Below are positions 9,106 through 19,228 of a stretch of 64,000 bases of DNA, in pieces. Made by a program: the position numbers and the translations under genes. This DNA comes from Verrucomicrobiota bacterium (GTDB lineage Bacteria; Verrucomicrobiota; Lentisphaeria; JABSQK01; JAJFLO01): NCBI GenBank assembly GCA_021772635.1, contig JAJFLP010000076.1:1654-65653 (forward strand), read 5' to 3'. Every line of letters starts with the position of its first letter. Positions within the stretch are counted from its first letter, which is position 1. The notes beneath the pieces were generated by a model. That model was not told the origin of the DNA and searched no databases. It saw nothing but the letters and a program-made list of their open reading frames with translations.

Positions 9106-10221
9106 ATGAATATGAATATCCCATTTGTAGATCTTAAATCTCAGTATAAATCAATTAAGAATGATGCGGACGCTGCCGTCGCGAACGTGATAGAGAATAC
9201 TGCGTTTGTCGGGGGACCGATTGTCGCAGAATTCGAGCGGAAATACGCCGAAATGTACGGCGTTAAACACTGCGTGTCTGTCGGGAATGGCACGGACGCA
9301 ATATATATAACGTTGAAAATGCTGGGCATCGGCCCCGGCGATGAAGTGATTACAGTTGCGAATAGCTGGATCTCAACGGCTGAAGTGATCAACCAAACAG
9401 GCGCAGAACCTGTATTCGTCGATATCGAACCCGACCTCTATAATATCGACGCCTCGTTAGTTGAGAGTAAAATTTCCGATCGCACGAAAGCGATTATCCC
9501 CGTACACCTCTATGGGCTACCAGCCGACATGGATCCGATTCTGAGGCTCTGCAAGAAATACGATTTGTACTGTATTGAGGACTCTGCCCAGGCGCATTTC
9601 GCGGAATATAAAGGACGCCTTGTCGGAACGATGGGTAACGCCGGAACCTTCAGCTTTTACCCGGGGAAGAATCTCGGCGCCTACGGCGACGCTGGCTGTG
9701 TAATTACAAACGACAATGAGATAGCCGAGAAGATTCGTCGCTATGCAAATCACGGTTCACTGGTAAAACACCAGCATACAATCCCCGGGATCAATAGCCG
9801 AACAGACGGGCTGCAGGCGGCGATACTGACGGTGAAACTTGATCATATATTGGAGTGGAACAACGCCCGATACGAAAACGCCATGCGCTATAACGAACTA
9901 CTCGCGGATGTTTCCGATATCTGCACTCCCGTTCTTCGCCCCGGTTCAACCCACGTGTTTCATGTTTACTGCATCCGAACCGAGCGGAGAGACGACTTGA
10001 GCGCATTCCTCCGTGAGAAGGGTATCGCAAGTCAAATCCATTACCCTACTGCTCTCCCGTTTCTCGACGCCTATCGCTACCTAAACCACAACGCACACGA
10101 TTTCCCGATCGCCTACGAGTATCAAGACCAAATCCTTTCACTTCCGATGTTTCCGGAATTGACCCGCGAGCAACAGGAGTATATCGCTTCCAATATTAAA
10201 GACTTCTACACACGCCGCTAG
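9106..10221 (+). CDS. DegT/DnrJ/EryC1/StrS sugar aminotransferase
   Basis: IPFVDL, IEDSAQAH, SFYPGKNLGAYGDAG (PLP Lys). Confidence 0.95.
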   Translation: MNMNIPFVDLKSQYKSIKNDADAAVANVIENTAFVGGPIVAEFERKYAEMYGVKHCVSVGNGTDAIYITLKMLGIGPGDEVITVANSWISTAEVINQTGAEPVFVDIEPDLYNIDASLVESKISDRTKAIIPVHLYGLPADMDPILRLCKKYDLYCIEDSAQAHFAEYKGRLVGTMGNAGTFSFYPGKNLGAYGDAGCVITNDNEIAEKIRRYANHGSLVKHQHTIPGINSRTDGLQAAILTVKLDHILEWNNARYENAMRYNELLADVSDICTPVLRPGSTHVFHVYCIRTERRDDLSAFLREKGIASQIHYPTALPFLDAYRYLNHNAHDFPIAYEYQDQILSLPMFPELTREQQEYIASNIKDFYTRR

Positions 10222-10375
10222 CCTGCATTATGCAGGCTAGTCCCAATTCCAGCGAACTTTTCGTTGGATTTTCTTCGTAATCGTAATCGTAATCATAATC
10301 GTAATCCGGTTCCAAATTTCGCTTCGAAAAACCAGAAAGATTACGAATCAGAATGTTTGCTTATTTTAGGGCTAG
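10218..10375. mobile_element. Collapsed family-A MITE (23-bp palindrome) plus family-C MITE with CGTAAT hexamers
   Basis: ctagcctgcattatgcaggctag at 10218-10240; 10237-10375 is near-identical to 55285-55435; CTAG at every junction. Confidence 0.75.
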
Positions 10376-10454
10376 AGTCCGAGCTGTACGGAGGGAATTC
10401 GTATACGCTTAGATAGGGACACCCACTGATCCTAAATTGGACAACTATGGACGG

Positions 10455-11789
10455 ATGAATCCACTGACAACAATTCGCGAACGGCGACTACTAATTGCCT
10501 TCTTAGGCGTTGCACTGCTGATTCGTCTCGTCGTATGGTACGGTGGGCTATACGACCAATCACGATATATGGAACCGGATTCCGCGGATTATCTACGGCT
10601 GTCGAGTGCGCTGATTGTCGATCATAAATTCGGGACCGAGAGCGAACCGGAAATATTTCGCGTACCCGGTTACCCCGCGTTCCTGTCAGCGGTTAGCTTA
10701 GTAAGCGATTCTCCTGTCCTCCCCTGCCTCATTCAAATTATATTCGACGTAGGCACCTGCTTTCTGCTGTGGTATTTGACGCGGGCGTTTTTCTCGAAGT
10801 CGGCGGCGTTAGTCGCGGTGGGGTTCCAATCCATAAGCGTCGTATCAGTCATCTATGCCTCGAAAATTTTGTCGGATACACTCTTCACATTCTGTCTGGT
10901 CCTCTTCCTCTCTCTTATACTAAAAATATGGAAGACGCCGGAAGTCTCGATCGGGACCGCGATACTCTGCGGGATTGTATTGTCGGTCATGGCTTATCTT
11001 CGCGCGATCACCCTCCTCTATCTGTATCTTCCCATTATTTTTCTTGTTTATCGCAAGAAGCTGAAAAGCGCTCTGATTGTAACCGGATTAACCGCGTTTC
11101 TATTATTGCCTTGGTACACGCGGAATATGAAGGTAGCCAGCTACCCGCATTTCAGCAGCGTCGGCGCAATAAACCTATACCGTTATAACGCCTGTCTACT
11201 TCTGGCGCATCGGAATGGGATAGCGTTTAATGAGCAGCAGGGTCGAATCGACGCTGAATTCGCAGACCTGAATTCGCAGAGAGATGTCGCGGTTTATGCC
11301 GCACAGCGGGCTAAGAAGATCATCCTTGATGATCCGATGAGATACGTATTTCTCCACTTGAAAGCTGATATAAACACATTGCTGCCGGCCAGCGGCCAGC
11401 TCGTTACATACTTCGGTGCAAAAATAGGGGGGACGAATACGTTAAATAAGCTTAATTCTGAGGGAATTGTCGCTGCTGTCAAGCACTATTTTCATGGCCA
11501 GTGGTGGCTGTTATTCGTATTGTCGCCAACCGTGTTCGTACTGGGAACCGCGTATTTAAGCGCGACCTTCGGAGTCGTAAATCAACTGAAACAGTGGAAA
11601 GCCCTGGATCCGTTCGTGGTGTTGTTGATACTAAGTATGATTTATTTTCTCCTGGTCCCGGGCGCCGCGTCACATCCACGATTTCGCGTCCCAGCCTCAC
11701 CGTTCATTTCGTTATTCGCCGGTGTTGGAAGCTACGCTATATATCAATCGATGATGAGTAAGTTCAATACAAAAAAATCCAGCGTATGA
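10455..11789 (+). CDS. GT39/ArnT-like membrane glycosyltransferase
   Basis: EPDSADY..., FRVPGYPAFL, SDTLF, PWYTRN, HPRFRVP; many TM helices. Confidence 0.75.
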   Translation: MNPLTTIRERRLLIAFLGVALLIRLVVWYGGLYDQSRYMEPDSADYLRLSSALIVDHKFGTESEPEIFRVPGYPAFLSAVSLVSDSPVLPCLIQIIFDVGTCFLLWYLTRAFFSKSAALVAVGFQSISVVSVIYASKILSDTLFTFCLVLFLSLILKIWKTPEVSIGTAILCGIVLSVMAYLRAITLLYLYLPIIFLVYRKKLKSALIVTGLTAFLLLPWYTRNMKVASYPHFSSVGAINLYRYNACLLLAHRNGIAFNEQQGRIDAEFADLNSQRDVAVYAAQRAKKIILDDPMRYVFLHLKADINTLLPASGQLVTYFGAKIGGTNTLNKLNSEGIVAAVKHYFHGQWWLLFVLSPTVFVLGTAYLSATFGVVNQLKQWKALDPFVVLLILSMIYFLLVPGAASHPRFRVPASPFISLFAGVGSYAIYQSMMSKFNTKKSSV

Positions 11790-11827
11790 GACTGTTGCTG
11801 TCGTAGCTATACCAACAATCGCGGGGG

Positions 11828-11936
11828 TTTCGACCAGGCGTCGTAGGTGTGACTATGCCGGTTAAAAAATATTGTTCGTTTTCGCTTGGGTAATAAATTC
11901 AAAGTCGTCCAAAAATTGTACTGCTTGCAGTATACT
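11828..11936. repeat. Family-E dispersed repeat, right half
   Basis: tttcgaccaggcgtc...atgccggttaaaaaatattgttcg...aaaattgtactgcttgcagta matches 18290-18400. Confidence 0.75.
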
Positions 11937-12048
11937 CACGAACCGTTGAACCAAGCAATTCCGCCAGACCCCCAGCAGCTTGTTTTATTTACAGCGTATT
12001 GTAAATTATTCAGTATATTTTACAATGCATACCCGGGATCGAGGACAT

Positions 12049-13266
12049 ATGATATACCAGCGTTTAATTCAAAGCGAACTCGCAGGCAAGAAGTCAGATA
12101 ATAAGGTGCGTCTGATCTTTGGTGCCAGGCAGACGGGAAAAACCGTACTGGTGAATCAGCTGCTTCGAACGTCAGATTCACAATTTTACAATCTTCAGGA
12201 CGCGAGCGTCCGCCTTTCTTTCGAAAGAGACCCGAACTCTTTTACTCGTGAAATTAGAGGGCTGTCCGATAATATCAGGAATATTGTCGTCGATGAGATC
12301 CAGAAAGTTCCATCGCTGCTGGATGAGATTCAGTATTTATACGATAGTGATCCAAGCCGACATCAATTCTACCTAACCGGAAGTTCAGCCAGGTCGCTTA
12401 AGAGACATTCGGCAAATCTATTACCGGGCCGTTGCCATCTTTACAACCTCTATCCGGTAATCCGTCCGGAAGAAAAATCGTACCAAGGTATCGTAGGTGA
12501 TTTTACCCGGCAGTCGTCCTCTCCATTCCCGAACCGCACACTTGAAGACCGCCTTCTTCATGGCAACCTCCCAGGCATACGACAAGAACCCAGTGAAAGT
12601 GCAATTGCCACACTTGATGCCTACGTGAAGATCTATCTTGAAGAAGAGATTCGGCGCGAAGGTCTTGCAAGAAATCTCGGAGCCTTTCAGGTCTTTCTGC
12701 AATTAGCCGCGATCGAGAGTGGCAAACAAATTAATCTCTCTAAACTTTCGCAGGATAGCGGTATTGCGGTTTCCACAATAAAAACCTATTACCAACTTCT
12801 GGCTGATACATTCGTCGGCTACTGGATGCATTCCCACAAAGGTTCCGGGCGTAAACGTTTATTAACAACGCCGCGGTTCTACTTCTTTGATCTCGGCGTA
12901 CGTAACGCAGCCGCACAAATTACTGCGACGCCGGGGATCTTGCCGGAAATCGGCGGAAACTTAGTCGAACATTGGGCGGGACTGGAACTGATCCAACGGG
13001 CAAGATATGCGGGCAGAGGATATAATGCTGGTTTTTGGCGAACGGTAAGCGGAGCCGAGGTGGATTTCATATGGCAAACACCGGACGAAGATATACCGAT
13101 TGAGGTTAAATGGACAGAGAATCCCAATCCACATGATGCCCGACATCTTGAAACTTTCCTTAATCACCACCCGCAACGAAGTAAGAAAGGGTACGTCATG
13201 TGCCGCGTACCAAGAAGGCAGAAACTCACGAAAAGAACCATCGCGATTCCGTGGTTCGAGCTATAG
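12049..13266 (+). CDS. AAA_14 ATPase with DUF4143 and C-terminal PD-(D/E)xK-like domain
   Basis: GARQTGKT Walker A, VVDEIQ, LTGSS, LPGR, YFFDLG, EVDF...IEVK; GAGGA RBS. Confidence 0.9.
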   Translation: MIYQRLIQSELAGKKSDNKVRLIFGARQTGKTVLVNQLLRTSDSQFYNLQDASVRLSFERDPNSFTREIRGLSDNIRNIVVDEIQKVPSLLDEIQYLYDSDPSRHQFYLTGSSARSLKRHSANLLPGRCHLYNLYPVIRPEEKSYQGIVGDFTRQSSSPFPNRTLEDRLLHGNLPGIRQEPSESAIATLDAYVKIYLEEEIRREGLARNLGAFQVFLQLAAIESGKQINLSKLSQDSGIAVSTIKTYYQLLADTFVGYWMHSHKGSGRKRLLTTPRFYFFDLGVRNAAAQITATPGILPEIGGNLVEHWAGLELIQRARYAGRGYNAGFWRTVSGAEVDFIWQTPDEDIPIEVKWTENPNPHDARHLETFLNHHPQRSKKGYVMCRVPRRQKLTKRTIAIPWFEL

Positions 13267-13290
13267 CAGTTTTTATTTCAGCGTTGTGCC

Positions 13291-13330
13291 AAAAAAAATC
13301 CCCCGAGGACTGCTCCCCGGGGGATTTTTA
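13291..13330. terminator. Bidirectional rho-independent terminator
   Basis: A-run, atcccccg...cgggggat stem, T-run between convergent genes. Confidence 0.8.
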
Positions 13331-13360
13331 TTTAGATATTTTTTAACCGATGAAAAAAAC

Positions 13361-14719
13361 TTAGAAGCTGATTGAAAGTTCAGCCATATACAAATTGGCG
13401 TGGCCAGTGGATGCTGCCGCCAAAGTATTTCTTCCGCCGAAGCTCTGATTCTCGTAATTCAAAGTCAGCTTGGTATTCTCGTAGATGTTGGAAGAGATAC
13501 CAACGCCCCAAACCTCTTCAAGGTTATTAATGAGCGTCGTATTGTCGAGCGTATCCTGATCATTGTTGGTCTCCCATTTAAGGGCGACCGTGTACTCGTG
13601 ATCATTCATCGGACAAGCCATCGCCAACTCAATAGTTGTCGCGGACGGCTCTCTATCTTTTGCGCCACCGTTGATATCATCTAGAGCAGCGACATACTCA
13701 GCGCTCAACCAAATACTCCCCATAGACAGAACACCGTGGATGCTGTAGGCGTCATTGACATCACTGTCAGTATATGGGTTGCCTGCTCCGCCAAGCGCAC
13801 CATCAAATCCGGCAACTGCAGCCGTATTCTGTGCCTGGAAGAGATTACTGATGTAGCTTGCTCCGAAATTATAGCTCATTTCTTCGTCACCACCGTCAAG
13901 CGACAGTGAAGCTCCCCAAGTGTCAATCTTATTATCCGTGCCACCCCTGTTCTGGGTCTCTTCGCGCCAACCGTTGAAGGCAAAGACATTGAAGTCCATT
14001 GTGTCGGTTTTATGGCCAATGGTTATCCCACTGTCACGCGTCTCACCAAACTGGCGGACTAAACTGTCGTTGATGAAATTTCCGGCCTCACCCACATTGG
14101 TGAAGTCGAAATACTGGCGACCGGCGATAAGATAACAACCCCGATCATTATTGAGCGTGATATACGCTTCGTCGACTTGCAGATCTCCATCGCGTTCAGT
14201 ATCTACAGCTCCACCGCCGATATTTGTTCCTGCACCCGGCTGGTAGTCTTCATATAGCAACGCGATTGTGGCCGACACGTTCTCGGAGACGTCGATACCT
14301 AACTCAAGTCTGACCTGATCAAGGATGACGTCGGAGGTGTCTTCATTGCGCGCCGCAGCTGGGTTTGTATCTCTTCTGTTAAAGTCAGAGGAGTACCCGA
14401 GGATGTCTATGTTACCGCCAATGCTCACACGGTCATTGATCTCCTGAAGTGCCCCGAGTCTATTGAGGTACATACGGCGATCCGTTTCGACCGCTGCTGC
14501 TGCGTCAATAGCCATGGCTTGATTCTCAGTGAGAGTTACGTTAGACACCTTCAAGCGATCAGTTTCATCGGCTTGAACCTGCATTCGTTGCTCCAACTCC
14601 ATCAGTTTCTGTTTCAGAAGCTGAATTTCGTCTTTTAAGGATTGTGATTCACTGTTGTTCGCGAAGAGACCCGGATTAACCAGGATTGTCGCTATCAGTA
14701 CTACGAATAATTTTTTCAC
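13361..14719 (-). CDS. Outer-membrane porin, LbtU-like
   Basis: Signal peptide, N-terminal coiled coil, VDEAYIT/AGRQYFDF beta-strand motifs, C-terminal ELSISF; AAAGGAG RBS. Confidence 0.75.
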   Translation of the reverse strand: MKKLFVVLIATILVNPGLFANNSESQSLKDEIQLLKQKLMELEQRMQVQADETDRLKVSNVTLTENQAMAIDAAAAVETDRRMYLNRLGALQEINDRVSIGGNIDILGYSSDFNRRDTNPAAARNEDTSDVILDQVRLELGIDVSENVSATIALLYEDYQPGAGTNIGGGAVDTERDGDLQVDEAYITLNNDRGCYLIAGRQYFDFTNVGEAGNFINDSLVRQFGETRDSGITIGHKTDTMDFNVFAFNGWREETQNRGGTDNKIDTWGASLSLDGGDEEMSYNFGASYISNLFQAQNTAAVAGFDGALGGAGNPYTDSDVNDAYSIHGVLSMGSIWLSAEYVAALDDINGGAKDREPSATTIELAMACPMNDHEYTVALKWETNNDQDTLDNTTLINNLEEVWGVGISSNIYENTKLTLNYENQSFGGRNTLAAASTGHANLYMAELSISF

Positions 14720-15143
14720 GATAATTTGACTCCTTTCTAATTAAGATAAGTTTCTTCTTAACTTTAATACGTATGTTAGCACCGGCTGCATTATTGCAAC
14801 TCCCTCTGTAATAACAAGTTAAGAACTATTAACCCACACAGTTTCAAGATTGACTTTCGAGTCACCTCCTTTCGTTTATATATCGGTTAATTATAGACGT
14901 GTTCCATCGTAACCTTAAGTTGCGATAACCACAACGATTACCGCAATTTCCAAGTAAATTAGCAACAACTATTTTTCTTACAAATAAAAAAATTGAAATT
15001 TCTTGATATTTTTTAAAAAAGTCTCCCATTGATTTTTTCGTCATTCGTAGCTAACGTAACGTCCCATTTGCGAATTGGTACAGGTGCATTCATAACACCT
15101 CAATTCCCGATAAGTATTTTTTCATAGGTTTAAGGAGCAAATT

Positions 15144-16349
15144 ATGGCTGACAAAATATGTATGCAGAACAACACGCTGCGCGTAACTGATAACCCGATT
15201 ATCCCCTTCATCGAAGGCGATGGAATTGGACCCGATATTTGGCGCGCAACGGTACGAATCATTGACGCAGCGGTTAGCAAGGCCTACACCGGACAACGCG
15301 GGATTGAGTGGAAAGAGGTCCTTGCTGGACAGAAAGCGTTTGATCAAACCGGCAGTTGGCTACCCGACGAAACGGTGGAGAGTTTCCGAGAGTATCTGAT
15401 TGGCATCAAGGGTCCATTGACGACGCCTGTAGGTGGTGGATTTCGGAGCCTTAACGTAACGCTTCGGCAATTACTGGATCTGTACGTATGTCTGCGCCCG
15501 GTCCAATATTTTGCTGGCGTACCATCTCCGGTGAAACATCCGGAGTGGGTTAATATGGTGATTTTCCGGGAGAATACTGAAGACGTGTACTCCGGTAACG
15601 AACTGGAAGCAAATACACCGGAGGCAAAGAAGCTTCTGGCCTATTTGAAGTCGGAATTTGGTTGGCAGATTCGACCGGACTCCGGGATCGGGATAAAGCC
15701 GATAAGCGAGACGGGAACAAAAAGGCACGTACGCGCAGCGATCGAGTACGCGATTGCCAACAATCGAAAGAGCGTCACGCTGGTACACAAGGGTAATATT
15801 ATGAAGTTCACTGAAGGCGCGTTCCGAGCGTGGGGCTACGAGTTAGCCCGTGACGAATACCCGGACAAATGCGTGAGCTGGGAAGAATGCAATGGTCAGT
15901 GTCCTGACGGAAAAATATTGATCCAGGACGCAATCGCCGATATCTTTCTCCAGCAGGTACTGACGCGTCCGAAAGAATTCGATGTGATCGCAACGATGAA
16001 CTTAAACGGTGACTACATTTCCGACGCGCTCGCGGCGCAAGTCGGCGGGATCGGGATTGCGCCGGGAGGTAATATCAACTACGTCACCGGCCACGCAATT
16101 TTCGAAGCGACCCATGGTACTGCGCCGAAGTATACGAACCTCGACAAAGTCAATCCAGGCAGCTTAACGCTTTCCGGGGAGATGATGCTGCGGTATCTCG
16201 GATGGCCTGAGGCCGCGGACCTCATAATAAACGGTCTGGAGAAAACTATCGCCGCTAAAATCGTTACGTACGACTTCGCACGACTTACCGAAGGTGCCAC
16301 AGAGGTTAAATGCTCGGAGTTTGCGAACGCAATTATTGAAAGGATGTAA
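15144..16349 (+). CDS. icd: NADP-dependent isocitrate dehydrogenase
   Basis: [49 protein letters not shown]. Confidence 0.97.
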   Translation: MADKICMQNNTLRVTDNPIIPFIEGDGIGPDIWRATVRIIDAAVSKAYTGQRGIEWKEVLAGQKAFDQTGSWLPDETVESFREYLIGIKGPLTTPVGGGFRSLNVTLRQLLDLYVCLRPVQYFAGVPSPVKHPEWVNMVIFRENTEDVYSGNELEANTPEAKKLLAYLKSEFGWQIRPDSGIGIKPISETGTKRHVRAAIEYAIANNRKSVTLVHKGNIMKFTEGAFRAWGYELARDEYPDKCVSWEECNGQCPDGKILIQDAIADIFLQQVLTRPKEFDVIATMNLNGDYISDALAAQVGGIGIAPGGNINYVTGHAIFEATHGTAPKYTNLDKVNPGSLTLSGEMMLRYLGWPEAADLIINGLEKTIAAKIVTYDFARLTEGATEVKCSEFANAIIERM

Positions 16350-16549
16350 ACTGCAAGCAGTTGAGATTTTGAATGACTTGAATCTCACTGCACATAAAAT
16401 TTCGAACGATACTTCAAAAACTCGAAGATTGGTTAGTATAGTTTGGACTCCAAGGATACTTCAGTTTATACCGTCAACAACTTTCGGGTATAGAGACCGA
16501 AAGCCCGTCAAGTTAAGGATTTTTTGCCACAATTTGGAGCGGCATTTTA

Positions 16550-16643
16550 CTGGAATGTGGGAGGCGCTGTCCCATCGGCGATAATCATTGAATCGTTTTC
16601 TTCTAGCCTAATCGCCGCTGGGACAGCGCCTCCCACATTCCAG
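16550..16643. repeat. REP doublet (GTGGGAG type)
   Basis: ctggaatgtgggaggcgctgtccca...tgggacagcgcctcccacattccag, ~33-bp arms. Confidence 0.85.
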
Positions 16644-16734
16644 GCCGCGTCCCGAGATTCACTGCGAACAGTCGGGTCTTCAGGCTTAACTCGGGGAGCT
16701 TTCGGTCTGACCCCGAATTCTCCAGTAGAACACG

Positions 16735-17943
16735 TCAGTCGCAATTAAGTATCTTCCGCATCAGCTCATCACGCTTGAACTGTCCCAAAGTCCCGGTTGG
16801 AGCGACGGTCTCCGAGAAAATTCGGCAGTGATCGCGGATGATATGTTTACCGCAGATTGCGACCGGAACGGGGTCCCGGGTGTGGATTCGAAGATGTACC
16901 GGCACCGGATGGTCGGGCAGGACGGCGTATGTAACGTCTTGACCCTGCAACTGATCCCGAAGACGGGCAATTACACGCTTATCAATATCTTCAATCGCCT
17001 TGATTTTCAGCTCAAGATCCCCCATATGCGAGCACTCATCCGCCGCCTCAATGTGTAGATACACGAAGTCGTAGCTTTCAAGCGCCCGCACGGCCGCATC
17101 TGCTTTCCCTTCGTAATTCGTATCAACGAATCCTGTCGCACCCGGAACCTTAATTACATCCATTCCCGCGCAAATACCTAAGCCGAATATTACGTCGACG
17201 GCACTGATAATCGCACCACGAACATTTCCATATTTCTCCTTGAAAGACGGAAGTTTTGGACGGCGGCCGGGGCTCGAAAACCACAACAAGTTCGCAGGCT
17301 CGGCGCGACTCTTGTTGATGTGATGATTCTCGAGGTAGCCGCGGGTTCTCGACATCAAATCATTCAAGTACTGCGCTGTGTTAATTGCCTCGGGCGAATC
17401 GTCCGCCGGATGCAATAAATTCTCCGATATTGGCTTCCCCTGGGAATCATCCGGTTTCGCGTACTTAATCTTCTCGGTGAAATCCTTCCCGTGCAAAACG
17501 AGAATATTACGGTAGCTGACACCCGGGTATAACGTGAATTCAGCGCAATCGAATTCCTGTTTCAACCCATCGATCAGGACATGTGCGTCAGCGTCGTCTA
17601 TATGCCCGCCGGAGTAATCTATCAGCATATCGCCATCGGCTTGTACCAAATTACACCGCCACGCAATATCATCGGGCCCAATCTCAATCCCTTGACTTAC
17701 AGCTTCCAGGGGACCACGTCCAGTATAAAATTCCTCCGGTGGATACCCCATTACGGACATATTCGCTACGTCCGACGATGTCGGATAACCTGACGGAAGC
17801 GATAGAAACGTGCCGCAAGCGCCTTCATTGGCGATGGCGTCCATGTTTGGAGTGTTTGCATACTCAACCGGCGTCTTCCCGCCCAGCTCAGGCAACGGCT
17901 CATCCGCCATTCCGTCGGTCAATATCAAGATAGTTTTGGTCAT
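16735..17943 (-). CDS. apgM: Cofactor-independent phosphoglycerate mutase (archaeal-type AP superfamily)
   Basis: ILTDGMADEP, YTGRGPLEA, HIEAADECSH, PDHPVP. Confidence 0.9.
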   Translation of the reverse strand: MTKTILILTDGMADEPLPELGGKTPVEYANTPNMDAIANEGACGTFLSLPSGYPTSSDVANMSVMGYPPEEFYTGRGPLEAVSQGIEIGPDDIAWRCNLVQADGDMLIDYSGGHIDDADAHVLIDGLKQEFDCAEFTLYPGVSYRNILVLHGKDFTEKIKYAKPDDSQGKPISENLLHPADDSPEAINTAQYLNDLMSRTRGYLENHHINKSRAEPANLLWFSSPGRRPKLPSFKEKYGNVRGAIISAVDVIFGLGICAGMDVIKVPGATGFVDTNYEGKADAAVRALESYDFVYLHIEAADECSHMGDLELKIKAIEDIDKRVIARLRDQLQGQDVTYAVLPDHPVPVHLRIHTRDPVPVAICGKHIIRDHCRIFSETVAPTGTLGQFKRDELMRKILNCD

Positions 17944-18168
17944 CGATGGTGAAGGGGTAATTTGTTGATCGTCGAAATCGTTGAAGTTTCGTGAGAGCTG
18001 CAATTATGATAGAAAACAATCGGCATGGAAATCGTTATCGGGTCGCGGTATCAAGAATAATTCCATACCGATAACGATCCCGATTTTGACATCGACGAAC
18101 CTCAGGTTTAAATGGCGTAAAATGTCGGCCAGGTAAGATATACCGAAAAGTATAGAGAATTCAGAAGT

Positions 18169-18400
18169 TATACTGCAAGCAGTAAAATTTTCGGATGACT
18201 TCAAACCAAGTACGTAAGAAATATCGAACGATTTTTCGAAAACTCGAAGGCGTTCCGTATAGTAGCTAGAATTATACCCATCGTCATTGGGTTTTCGACC
18301 AGGCGTCGCCCAGGTGGCTATGCCGGTTAAAAATATATTGTTCGGAATCCCTTAAGTGATATGTTAAAAGTCTTCCCAAAATTGTACTGCATGCAGTACA
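18169..18400. mobile_element. Family-E MITE-like element, most complete copy
   Basis: Inverted ends tactgcaagcagtaaaattttcggatgactt / aagtcttcccaaaattgtactgcatgcagta. Halves recur at ~11828, 16350, 20385, 33217, 33830, 43354, 44422, 52555 and 56032. Confidence 0.72.
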
Positions 18401-18568
18401 TCTGCCTGAATTTTACTCCCGTTTTCGAAAACCTGTTGATGCATAGTATATATCAATTCCATACAGGTTTTCGACACGTTTAAAAATATTTCTCGCCTTG
18501 ATCCCAGTAGGCGGATCAAAGAGTCGACTACTTGCAGTCTACTTCGATATGGATCCGCTAGCAACGCG

Positions 18569-18931
18569 TTACGGCATATTCGCCCGTTCCAGGATTACGT
18601 CGACGATTTTGTCGTGGAGGCCGAGGGGTGCGGTTATTTTGACTTTGATGCCGGGGAAAGGCGCAGCAGCGTCTTGTACAAGTTGCGGAACATCCTTCGT
18701 CGCGTGCCGGCCCGGCGACAGCATATAAGGATGAGCAATTATTTCGGTTGCGCCTGCATCGACGCAGGCAGCAACACCTTGGGCAATTGTCGGTTCGGCC
18801 AATTCCATATGAGCAACTTTCACTATCAAGCCCGGCCTGTGTTTGCGTATCAGATCGCCGAGTTGCTCCAACATTTCGTTCGCATCGTGGTGCGTCGATC
18901 CGTGATCAATGATCAATAAGGCTTTTGTCAT
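18569..18931 (-). CDS. Short CbiX/SirB sirohydrochlorin chelatase
   Basis: IIDHGS, AHMELAEP, HPYMLSPGRHATKDVP, PLGLH. Confidence 0.88.
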   Translation of the reverse strand: MTKALLIIDHGSTHHDANEMLEQLGDLIRKHRPGLIVKVAHMELAEPTIAQGVAACVDAGATEIIAHPYMLSPGRHATKDVPQLVQDAAAPFPGIKVKITAPLGLHDKIVDVILERANMP

Positions 18932-19038
18932 TTCCGTGTATCTATCGCGTGATTCGTGGAATTAAGCTGAGGCAGTCTTACGTGTGCAGTGAGGATGCCC
19001 TTCCGGGCAATATTGATTGTGGCTCGCCTGCCTGTGGT

Positions 19039-19110
19039 CAATGTCATTAAGCTAAAGCGCGAACTCCAACGGTCACGAATATATATAAATCCTTAAACTT
19101 AATGACATTG
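19039..19110. mobile_element. 72-bp IS4-like miniature element containing a REP half
   Basis: Perfect 13-bp TIR CAATGTCATTAAG; flanks tgcctgtggt / agcctgtgac (degraded duplication). Confidence 0.65.
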
Positions 19111-19228
19111 AGCCTGTGACGCCTCAAGCAACTGATCTTCCCGCTAGTGGGGCCCGTATTTACGGACTTAAAAGTGCTCTGTTTACAGAGTAGCACTGTA
19201 CACGCTGAACTTCACTGGGTGAAATCCA

